Shown here: positions 35,310 to 46,599 of the stretch, piece after piece
Numbering within the stretch: position 1 is the first letter of the stretch
How the letters are laid out: the number at the start of each line of letters is the position of its first letter
Translations under genes and position numbers: made by a program
Notes under the pieces: generated by a model
Seen by the model: the letters and a program-made list of their open reading frames with translations, nothing else
What the model was told of the DNA's origin: nothing
The model's database searches: none
DNA from: Girardia tigrina
Taxonomy: Eukaryota
Assembly: GCA_001938485.1 (NCBI GenBank)
Contig: MQRK01181958.1
Span: 4,824-60,233, forward strand
Length of the DNA stretch: 55,410 nt
Direction: 5' to 3'

Positions 35310-36130
35310 CCCCGGTCTATTTTGTATAGATGCCATTTGTGGTGCATAATTAGGGTAAGGAATTACGGCGGCAGGAATTTGATGAACTTACTGAGGTTGC
35401 GGTAAATACATCGTTGTGGTCGGTTGAGGTAGCATCATAGTTGCATATTGTGGAGACAACGATGTTAAAGCTGAATAATGTTGCACAGGAACCTGACAGA
35501 ATGTTGATCCATTTTGCAAAGCATACGGAATTTATGCAGCAATTTCTTGTCGAGGATATAAATGTTTCTTTCTTACAGCTTGTTTAACCCTTTGAACCCT
35601 AAAGGCCGATAAACCGGCCAGATTTGGCGAGACATATACCCTAATGGCCGATTTACCGGCCTCCTATCTATTGTTATAACCAAGAACTTGCTCGAACATG
35701 AACTCAGTTCAATGGTGACTCTAGGTCAGAGTTGATGTGTTAATTTTACTCAGGAGCTCAGGGATATGGTACTAATACAATGAAAGTCTTAGCGTTCAAA
35801 GGGTTAATGTTCAATTTTCTCTCTTTAAAGATCAATGCTTCAGATTCATTCTTGGTGAGTTTTTCAGCAATTTCCTGATTTTTAAAAGTCACAAATCCAT
35901 AGCTTCTTTTTGATAATCCCGTACGATCATTTATTATATTTGCGAATTTAATTGGACCATAACTCGAAAAGAAAATTTTTAATTCGTCCTCAGTTGTATT
36001 TGATGTGAGTCCTCCAACAAAAATTCTGTTTGGGATCAGTGTACCAATTTTCGGTATTGATACGTGAGAAAAAGAATTGAGCTGATTTATTTGATTATGT
36101 TTCGCTTTATTTCTAGCTTGGGAAATTCAT
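35310..36130 (-). pseudogene. boule: 5' part of an intronless boule/DAZ-family RRM pseudogene
   Basis: PKIGTLIPNRIFVGGLTSNTTEDELKIFFSSYG...IINDRTGLSKRSYGFVTFKNQEIA...FKERKLNI|KQAVRK is the Boule RRM signature. Lesions: extra base after ATG (36130), MITE insertion, TAA at 35534-35532 and 35390-35388. Confidence 0.9.
35588..35803. mobile_element. piggyBac-type MITE (216 bp)
   Basis: TTAA TSD on both sides; 15-bp TIR CCCTTTGAAC(C/G)CTAA; removing it restores the boule frame. Confidence 0.9.
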
Positions 36131-36239
36131 AATGCTAATGAAGAGTAATCAACATTGTTTTGTACATCAAACAATAATTTTTCCAATATATTTGATAGAA
36201 AATTATATTTTTCATTTAGTCATGATATATTGTGGAGGA

Positions 36240-36457
36240 TTCTTTTTTCTTTGGATATCTCCACTTTTAGTAAAATTTCCACAGAACAATAATAAATATT
36301 TATTCCAAATAAACTGTAATGACAATTATAAAAACAATCTTTATTTAAATCGATTTTTTAAATCTTTTATATTTAATTTTCATATTTATATAATACAAGG
36401 AATGTCACTACAATAATAATAAAATATAAAGAGTCGGATGATGTATAATCCCTTTTT
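36240..36457. repeat. Direct repeat, copy 2 (block B then block A)
   Basis: Same two blocks as 16171-16389 in swapped order. Confidence 0.85.
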
Positions 36458-36529
36458 GACTTTCCGTTGTTTGAGCAAGCGCTCAGGGACGCGAGGAAGC
36501 TTATAGGGATATTATTCCTTGAGATATGT

Positions 36530-36810
36530 TCGTATTGTTAATATTATTGTTATTATTGTCATTATATTACTTTTATTATCATTATTATATTTTATTATTG
36601 TTATTAGTACTATTGTTATTAGTATTATTATCATTTATTATTAATTATTTATATAATCATTACTATTATCATCATAATTATTATTTTAATATTCATATTA
36701 TTATTATTAATATATTGATTATCAGTATTATTATTAAAAGATTATCATTATTATTAATATTATTATTATTATTAGTATTATTAAAATTATTATCATTATT
36801 ATTATTCAAA
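36530..36810. repeat. Degenerate (TTA)n low-complexity tract
   Basis: TTA/ATT triplet-rich run. Confidence 0.85.
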
Positions 36811-37571
36811 CGTTAATTTATAAAAAAATATATATTAAAAATTGTTTTAAACAAAACTTACTAAGTTTTGTAAATAATAAATAATAATTCCATCAAATTA
36901 TCATTAATGTTAATAATATCGGTGCAAGAACACCTTTCCAAAGTAGGAGAGAAAAAAATTACTGTGCATGCGAACTTATTTTGAAATTGGCATTTATGCC
37001 ATTAATTTAAGTGCAAGTGCACCAAGAAAAACTAAATGAAAAAAAATTATAAATCAATAATGGGTATAAATACCCTGAGTTTTATAAGAAAGTCACACAA
37101 AAAATTGGAAAAAATATTTGATAAAAAAGTGGTTAAAAAATTAAATTTTTGGAATCCTCAATTGTTAAACAAACTGTTTATTTGAAGCTGATTAAAAAAT
37201 AAAAAAAAATTGAAACTGTTGGTTCAGTTGGTTCAGAACAATTGGTTCAGAAACTGTGGTTCAAGTTAATAATAATAATACGATAATAAATTAAAAGGTA
37301 TCTCTTGCGAGATAATTGTGAATCAAAAATCGGTAGCACCTCTTGCGAGATAAATTGTTTTAGTTGATTGTCTCTGGTGAGCCAATATTAAAGGTTTCAA
37401 AAGATTTAATCTCCTGGGAGATTACATTATATCAAATATTTCTCTTGCGAGATAATATTTGAACTTTAAATCATCAACAATCTCTTTCGAGATTGATACT
37501 GGTGACGATCCTCAAGAGAGGAATATTTACTGAACCTTAAGCGAGGAATAATTGTTTAAATTATACAAATA

Positions 37572-39540
37572 CAGTTGTCCCCGCCTAATCCGCGCCCCGC
37601 CTATTCTGCAAACCCCGCCCAATTTCCGTTAATTAAGAATTTTTGGCGGATTGGACTCATATTTTAATGTAAATTTCTCAATCTGCCAATCCCCGCCTAA
37701 TCCGCGTTTAAAAAAACAATTTTAAAATTTTTTATTTTTATTTTTATCAAGTTTATAAAGAGTTTCGATGAATTCATCACTTTCGTAATTAATTTCGTCA
37801 TTTTAAAGTTGTTTACTAAGTTTTTAATAAATTTGTTTTAATATTATCCTTTAAAATGCGAATTCATTTAAGTTTTGATCAAAAAGAAGAAATAATTCAA
37901 TATAAGAAGAAATTTAAGAAGACAACACATGCTCAATTGAAGTGTTATTTTGATGAGAAGTTTAAAAAGAATATAGGTCTTCGAACAATTGGTGAAATTT
38001 TGAAGAATGAAGAGTATATATTGGCTGCAGCGGCCAATACAAGAACCGGAACAAAGAAAATTGTACAACCAGCATATCCAGATTTAGAAAAAGCCTTAGA
38101 ATTATGGTGTGATAATCAAGCAATAACTGAAGCAATAATTATCTCTCAGGCATAATTGTTTGCAGTGGAGCTTAATATAGAGAATTACAGTATGTCAAAC
38201 AGTACTCTGTCGAGTTTTAAGAGGAGAATAAGAATGAAAGCAAGAAAAGTGCAAGGCGAGATGGCTAATGTTAAAATTAATGATTTTTTTCAAGAAATAG
38301 AATCGATTAAAATTTTAATGTCTTATTACGATTTAAGTGATATTTTTAATATGGATGCAACTGCGCTTTACTATCGCTCAGTTCCAATCCGATCTAATTC
38401 AAAGGCTCCTATTAAAGGAAATAAAAAATTACTTTAAAGAATAACCTTGGTATTTTGCGTTTCTTTAACAGGTGAAAAACTTCCACCTTTTATGATTGGT
38501 ACAGCAATAAAGCCGCGTTCTTTTAATTCTTTCAATTTTCAAGATTACATAGAATACGGTTCCTCGAGAAATGGATGGATGACCTCTACATTGTATAAAT
38601 CGTGGATAACAAAATTAAATCAAAAAATGACAAAACAAAATAGAAAAATTATTTTATTAGTTGATAACTGTCCAAGTCACACGCAGATTCTTTTGTCAAA
38701 TGTTAAAATAGCTTTTCTGCCTCCAAACACAACGGGCTTATTGCAGCCATTGGACTTGGGTGTAATAAGATCATTTAAATGTTTTTTTAGAAAACAGCAA
38801 ATGATCAAAGTGCTGACATTTATTAATTCAGGAATTTTCGTTTTTGATGCATACAGAAGTCTTACTTTAAAAGATGTTGTGCTGTTAATACACTTTGCCT
38901 GGGATAAAGTGACAAAACAGACAATTTCTCAATGTTGGAAACAATCTCCGATAACAATAAATATTTATTATCCAGAAGGGGCGAAACTTATTGAAATTGA
39001 CATGTCAGAACTAAAGGAATTATCACGTGAGTTAAATTTACCAGGTATAATATCTGTTGACGAGATTGTTAATAATCAAGAAGAAAATGTGACATTTGAA
39101 CCGCAATCACATGAAGAAATTTTAGAATTTATTAAAAATGGAAAGAATGGAGATGAAGAAAATCAAACAGAAAATAAAGAATTTATTCATATCAGAAGAT
39201 CTACTCCAGATGATTTCAAGAAAATACTTACAGCAAATTATGAAATTATAAAAGTTTTAGAGAATGAGGAGTGTGTTGATAAAAACGTTTTAAAAAATGC
39301 TTATTCTTTGTTGGAATATGTGCGATAAAGATCAAAATCAGAAAAACAGACAAATACACTTGATAATTATTTTATGAAAAAGTCTTTTAATCAATAAATG
39401 TTATTAAATTTATTCAGTTTTTTCAATCCGCCTACCCCGCTCAATCTACAAGTCCCCTCTCAATCTGCAAGTCCCCGCTCAATCCGCCAAATTCTTAAAA
39501 ACCCCGTTTCATTTCTAAGCGGATTAGGCGGGGACAACTG
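37572..39540 (+). mobile_element. Full-length Tigger/pogo transposon with inactivated transposase (37856-39397)
   Basis: Perfect 22-bp TIR CAGTTGTCCCCGCCTAATCCGC, TA TSD, subterminal CCCCGC repeats. Motifs IFNMDAT.LYYR, LLVDNCPSH, FLPPNTTGLLQPLDLGVI; three in-frame TAA stops. Confidence 0.95.
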
Positions 39541-40284
39541 TAGTTTGAAGAACCTTCTGAACTCAAAGTCAGATTACGTGTCGATATTATAAAACTAAAG
39601 AGAGTTAAAAGGTTAATTTCATCAAATCCCCAACAAAATAAGAAAAGTGAAATTAAAAGCTATGTTAATTTATTTAATCATACAAAAAAACTAAAATTTG
39701 CTATTAGATTTTTCTACCTGAGGTCGGGTACTTAATGAACGCCGCACGTATTTCATACGTCTTTTCAAGACCGAAGCCATTTCAAAATTAGAGAATGAAA
39801 AGATTAAAAATAATTTATTCATAATACTCAGATTATCTTTTACATGAAATCTTCATTGAAACTCGAGGAATATGAATGGCTACACGATAACTACAAAAAT
39901 CAGCATAGTACAAATCCTGTGGACAGAAAATAATAACCATAACACGTTTATCTTGATAATAATAAATAATAATATTTGCTGTAATGCAAAATCAAATAGT
40001 ACTTATTCTATCACACACGAGAGGCCATCAGAAGACCGATTGCAAGGAGCAAGAGTCCAGAAAAAATCGTTCATCTAAATTCTAGGATTGATCTCGTGAA
40101 AGAAGAAGAGTCACTGTTCAACAAAAATAGCTTCATGTCCCATCAAAAAATAATCGGTCACAACTCAGCAAATAATGACGATTAAAGCATCTCTAAAATG
40201 CGCGATGACTTAACCAAAAAAGAGACAAGTTCAAATTTAATTTTTCAGATTTTTTTTATAAAAAAGAATAAAAGGATAGAACGG

Positions 40285-41346
40285 TTATTTCTTTTTGTTT
40301 GGTTTCTCAGTTTTCGGTTTAGCAGGGTCAGTGGAGGATTTTGCATTCGATTTGTTTGTGGTTACTACTACCGACCGACTAGTTGGAGTGTTGAATTCCG
40401 TTTGTCGTTGCCAAACATCGTTTTCAGACGGATAAGAAAGCTGTTTTATTTTTCCTTGTTTAATACTTATTGGATCTACTCGTCGTTTGTCTGGGTGATC
40501 ATTGGAATGATTAACGCCGGCCGAGGTATTTCCAGGACCTTTAACTGTTAAGGGAACACATACAATATTATGGTGCAGAATATGATGTCTCATGTCAGAA
40601 GAAAAAGATTCTAAGTTTTCGTAATTTATATCTCCATCTGCACTATCAATACCTGAAGATATTTGGCTGGTCCTTCTCGGAGGAGGTGGAGGAGGATTCT
40701 TTCTAATCGTTCCTTGCTCATCAACTGTTGCAGGGATATTCTGCTGTTCTTCGCAATCACTTTCTTCTGATGGACAATTAAGACGAATGGTTTCTGACCC
40801 ATCCTCCACTGTCACGGTGTTACAAAATACTACTTTATTCGTTCTGGAAGATTTAGTTCCTACAGGAAATTGACTGGTTCCAGTCTTTAATATCGTTCCA
40901 GTTTTTGCAATCGGTTTAAGCTCCATTTGAACATCTTCTTTTTCTTCAGCAGTTTCAGGCTGTTGCCATTTTTGAAAAACATTAGGTTTCACCAAAATAA
41001 TTGTAGGTTGATTAAAACACATATCATCAAAGCTTTCACTAGACGGAGTGTCATCGATCATAGGGATGGAATCAGCCACCATTTCGATGTGAGACATATG
41101 GTCAGATATGTTAATGGGAATAGGAGATTCGTCTGAGGCATCAATTGATGGTACTGGAGGTAAACTGTCGTCGTCTGTATTTATAGACGAAATTTCATTA
41201 TTGCTAATGAACACTGGAGAGTCCTCTCTCGTTGGAGTGGTATCTTCCACACCTGACAGATTGGCATCTACAATGTCTTCAAAGGTACCGGAGATTTCCA
41301 TACACTTGCATGAATTAAATTTTTCATACAAAATGTTCTCCAGAAG
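40285..41346 (-). CDS. Probable terminal exon of an unidentified host gene (disordered, proline-rich)
   Basis: ~350 open codons in AT-rich DNA; TTTTAG acceptor ending at 41347; motifs TILK, KVVF, PPPPPPRR, YENL. Confidence 0.65.
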   Translation of the reverse strand, partial: LLENILYEKFNSCKCMEISGTFEDIVDANLSGVEDTTPTREDSPVFISNNEISSINTDDDSLPPVPSIDASDESPIPINISDHMSHIEMVADSIPMIDDTPSSESFDDMCFNQPTIILVKPNVFQKWQQPETAEEKEDVQMELKPIAKTGTILKTGTSQFPVGTKSSRTNKVVFCNTVTVEDGSETIRLNCPSEESDCEEQQNIPATVDEQGTIRKNPPPPPPRRTSQISSGIDSADGDINYENLESFSSDMRHHILHHNIVCVPLTVKGPGNTSAGVNHSNDHPDKRRVDPISIKQGKIKQLSYPSENDVWQRQTEFNTPTSRSVVVTTNKSNAKSSTDPAKPKTEKPNKKK

Positions 41347-41827
41347 CTAAAATTAAAATTGACAATAATTATTGTAAGGTAATGTTAAAATACCATAAAT
41401 ATTGTTTAAAATGACAATGGATGAGAATACAGAACCGCTTTTTAAATCGTGTGAGTAGACATATAAACAGTTCAGAAACATTCAAAAAATAAATTTCTTT
41501 AGTTTTAAAACGTTTCCTTGATGACATACAATCTCTTGGCGGCATAGAGTATAACAACCTAGGTATTCTGTTTTAACGGTTTTAATTAGATTATATTTAC
41601 GAATACTCATAAGTTTTGAGGGATTATTTTTGAATGTCTTTATATTGTTTTAAGGAGGGGCCGCCTACCCTAATGGTTGATATTCTGATCATAAATAATA
41701 AATATGTTTAATCGAGAAATACTCCTTATTCTCGAGACAATTATCTTTCCACAAAGCTCTTGCATTGATTTTTTACTCTCTAAAATAGGAAACCCTTTTC
41801 TTTTTTCCATACTTTTTCTAGCTTACT

Positions 41828-41863
<36 letters not shown>

Positions 41864-42129
41864 CAATGGAATTTAGAAGAATTTTTAAAGGCTTTTTACT
41901 CAATCAATTTTATCTAAACTTTGCACACTTACTCATTTTTGATGGCAATTAATGATAATGTGAAAAATTGATCAAAAATCTTTTTAAGGTCTCAAAATTG
42001 GAACAAAACGGTCCCAACAAGGTTCCTTAACAACATTAGCATAAAAAGATCTACTTATAACTTATAAGTAGTTTAAATAACGCAAAATATAAATTAAAAA
42101 ATAAATCAAGTCCAGTAAACCAATTTAAA

Positions 42130-42550
42130 GTCTAGCTAGTAAATCGAAAAAAATGTTTTATATCTGTGCTTTATGAGGGCGGAACTGTGCTTAGCAAACA
42201 GAATTTTTTAATTTTTTATTATTTTTCTTTGAAATATTTTATTTAATTGAAAGTTCAATGAATTAAACAAAAAAGTAAAAAAAATATTCTAAAGTCGAAA
42301 AAATCTTTCCCTTGAAATGATTTGAGCGCTCAACAATCATTTTCACATGAGAAAAATATTCAACACATACACCTCTCGTGTAAGTGTATGGATTATCGAA
42401 AATTGAAATTTAGTTAATTATAAAAACTTTAATTAAAAACATATTTTCAAAAAAAAAAACAATAAAAAATTTTAAAAAATTCTGATGGTCTAGTAGAGTT
42501 CTGTCTGCATAAAAAGTGGATAAAATTTTTTTTTGATTTACTAGTTTAAC
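42130..42550. mobile_element. Old foldback/MITE-like element
   Basis: Degenerate ~140-bp inverted arms (CTAGTAAATC.AAAAAAA... / ...TTTTTTTGATTTACTAG). Confidence 0.5.
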
Positions 42551-45500
42551 TTAATTAATTTTAACAGAAATTGAATCCAGTATAAAGTATAAGTAACATA
42601 AATAAATCGAATTGACTCTCTTTAGCTATTTCAGATTAAAGACCCCAAACCGAATAACTTTAGCTCTAAGCTAAATTTAAGGGTTAACAGTATGTCTTAC
42701 CTTTGGTAATTTCAATTAAGATTCTATTAATGAGATACGGACGGGAAATATACATATTTGTGTCTTGTACGTTCCATGAATCAGTAAATAAAGGGATTAT
42801 AAGGACTGAAAGTTTCCATAATTATAATTGTTTTTCAAAATTCCCTATGACCTTATTAATAATGACCTTAATTCACTATTCCCTTTTTGACATGCAAACA
42901 TAAAATTTTAGGTTCTAAACATACTTTTTTATTATGGGGAGCAATTTTTGTTAGGTCTATTTTGTCAATTTTCTCTTTTTAGGTCAATTCAAACAGTTAT
43001 TCCGGTTACTCGATTTCCGGCTAAACTGAAAATCGCCTAATCCAAACGTTTTTTGTGCATTTTGGGTGTTTGGATTAGCCGGAGTAGACTGTATTATTAT
43101 CTCTTCGGTAAAATATTAAATATGAATCAAAATGTTGTACGCAAATTTTGGGTGCATTTTTGCCTTTGACAGTCATGAGAAATCGTCAATAAATGATACA
43201 AACAAATGAAATTCCGATAAAAGAAGCCAAGATATGATAATGTTTCGTTGTTATAGTGTCGTAAATTATTCATTCACTAAAAAGTTAATTAATTATTGAA
43301 TCGAGAATGTAAAGTTATCTGTTAGTCTGACCTGCCGCTACGATTTTGCGGGTTTAATTATGTTTCAAGGATTACTATTTACCGCGGAGGAGCAATGAGA
43401 TCAGTCGAGCACAAATGGAGCGGAAACTGCGTTTTCATTGTAACAAATCCATTCGGCTTTCTCTCTTCCTCTTTTAGACAGACTTCTTGACGGTCAATGA
43501 TCGCCTTTTATGGAAATCGCTAGATTACTTTCCATTTATCTATGTCTTATGTGAGTCAAGCTAAGTATCGGGTTTCCTTCCTGTTCACTGACAATAGGGA
43601 TCGTAAAGTTACTTTACAATTCATCCAGATATTTTTTATCTATATCTAAGTAACTTACATCACAGTTCCTTTCATTACTTCTAACCTAATTTTGATGATG
43701 GACTATTATTTTTATTTCTTTTATATTTAATTAGACAAAACAATATATTTTCTGACTAATTAATTAAATAGTTATCCATTCTTTGATAATGCAATTATAT
43801 AAATATTTGAAATCTTTAGACCATCAGTAATTGTTAGGGACATTGACTGAAATGATCGACTTTCCATAGAAGTTCTATGCGTTCCTTACGTATGCATTTG
43901 AACAGGTTTTTTGAAAGTTTCCAGCTGGGTCTAACCTAAGAAAATGTGGGTGTACAGTATAAAATATTTATTTTTACTCAAAAATCGTTACATCACACAT
44001 ATACACTGGATTTAAAGGGTTAAGAACAAAAGAATGTCTTATACTTATTAAATAAGTTTACAATTATAAATGACCTTGGATAGGAGCGTGTATGTGCTAG
44101 TGGGAGAGAGAGTGGGTGTAATAGCAGTGTGTGTATTTTTAATGAACCCATGCTATACCTATAAATAGCTAAATTCTTGGGTGTATATCTACAAAAGTTG
44201 GGTGTACATTATTCATCCGAAATGACCCTAAAAACCCTGCATTTGAGTCTTTCATGAGGTTCATTAAGTAAAAAATTATTAATTATAAAAATAATTATGG
44301 GGAAAAAGAATATGTGAAGTGTTATATGGAAACCAAAGAACTTTATATCAGAATGTATTGATTACACAACATTCTTTTGTAACATAACTACATCATTGTA
44401 GAGTACACAAGTGCTATCAAGTTTCTTCTCAGAACGATTGACGGTACCAATATAATATAACACCCAAAAGCTTATGGAAATTATTACCTCTCACATTCAA
44501 TCATCTACAATTCGATTCGGTAATTTACAAATAGACACCAATCTGTTTTTGACTTGTAAATAGAGGAAAAAAATAGAGAAGAATAAATTTGAGCAACATA
44601 CTTAAAGTTCCACTAATACCTTACTTAAAAATCTTGGAATTCAAACACTATGTTCGCGATGTGTTTCCAAAAGGTATCCACTATTTTAGTATTCACCATA
44701 TCGTCCATAATTCAGCTCAAATAAATTTTCAATTTTAAGCCTCTGGAAGAGTCTTAAAAGTTGCCATTTAATCACAGCAACACAGCTGAATGAGAAAGTC
44801 AAAAATATGTTGAGTCGAATGTTTCTGAATTTCTTTGGACATGCATTTGTAGTTCTGTGATGTAATCCTGTTGCATTGCAATGTCGTAATAAACTTTATT
44901 TCATCGCCGTTTCCTTTTGTTGTTGAGTCTCAAGACTCGCAATTTATTCAAATTAACAATCATAGAAATAGTAGGTCATGGAATTTATTTGAGTACTATT
45001 CTTAGAAAGAAGAGTTGATCGTTCTGTAAGATAAGAAATTAAGAATTTGTTAATATTTCTGGAAGTTGAAATCAGTTGTATACAAGACCAAATGAAGCTC
45101 AATTTTTGTGAGTCAATTTACTCAATATAATATCAAAAAACTGGATTTATTCTTGGATATTTTCAATCCACTGGAATAACTATATTAATATTAAAGTAAA
45201 CATGTTTAGGTCTTCAAAAGAATAAATTATTACTAAACAAATGTCAGAAAACAAAGGAGAATATCCTTCTGTCTTCAGAGAATACTTGAGGGCAAATTAA
45301 AATATGTTTTCCATTTTCTGGCTTCAAATTGAATCGATGTTTGAATGACTGATTATATTTGAGTGGAGAAGGTTTGGACCTTTAAGATAGCATGGCAGTC
45401 ATGGGACACAAATAAGCTCTCATTCTTTTCATCCTCTTCTACCACAAGTATAGTCCATTTTCTGTATGAACAGTGAAGATAAACAGATGTAGGCAAATAA

Positions 45501-46599
45501 TTTGGCCGATGAGTAAACAATTTTGTTTCTTATTTCATTGAAAATATGTTAGTTTTGTTTGTTGACAGTTTGAACAACACCTGCAACTGTTCAAACACCG
45601 AAAATATAATTATCTGTTTTTGGAAAGTATAAAATATAATTATAATATCTAAATTTCTGAGTCCAAAGTAACAATGTCTGTAAATGGAGTCTCAGTTCTT
45701 TTATCAATTTATCAATTTAGAACGACTGAAGACGGATGAAGGAAGTATCGATATGTGTAAACAAGTTAATTTGTGGTATTAATAAAGATTTTCCATCAAT
45801 CTTGCTGTTCTTAACCAGCATCATGTATCCCAATATTCAGGGTCTAATATCATTAAGACCCCTTTAAAATTTATATTATTGTAATAATAGATCTGATTCT
45901 TAACAACGTAAAAGTTACAATCAAATATATGTTCACATAGTGTTCTTTGTACATCAAATTAGATTTGAAAATTTTATAAATTATTAAAATTCATTAATAA
46001 AATAAAATCATTAATTAGTAAAATGAAAATTATGAAATAGCAAAACAGAAAGCCATTCAATTCTAACTTTTATTCCAATATACCGGTTTCGCCCGCAAAG
46101 ATATCTGTTATATTATCATTTGTAATAATTATTAAAATGATTAAAAATTAGATATTCTTAAAAATATGAATGTATATATTGTTTAATTATTAATATTTAA
46201 ACATTGGTTTGGTTAAAAATATTTTATGAAAATTACATTTTTTTAAGAATATCCGTCATCATTAGACATTTATGACCCTCGCTGTTAAACTTATATATGT
46301 TAAATTGATGATTATTCAAAAAAATTATGCAATTACTGCTTCACGTAAACACTCTTAACAAAGTTGATGAGTCACTTGATTGGACATTAATTGCTGGATA
46401 AACTGCTTTAATTAGTAATGCCTCACACGAGACTCTCCAAATAATTTTTAATATTGTTGCATAAAACTTTAAAATTATTTATTTCAACAGGAGTTTACAA
46501 CGTTTTTATGTTCAAAAATATTAATACTACCACTCAGATGTCCATGCTCACAAAATCGTTTACAAAGATGACGGACCATATCTCCAATATATGTGGTGT

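Noticed and set aside
16569-36130. Alternative genetic code (TAA/TAG = Gln), suggested by in-frame stops in boule and the Tigger
   Set aside because: Boule also has a frameshift and two insertions; transposase stops fall at positions normally K, E or V; most viral ORFs and the 40285 exon end in TAA.
36526-36816. Hydrophobic ORFs here and at 15327-15643, 32218-32581 and 41704-41952
   Set aside because: Translations of simple repeats or shadow frames of real genes.
44300-45900. Possible very old retroelement remnants
   Set aside because: Only faint hints and no convincing motif.
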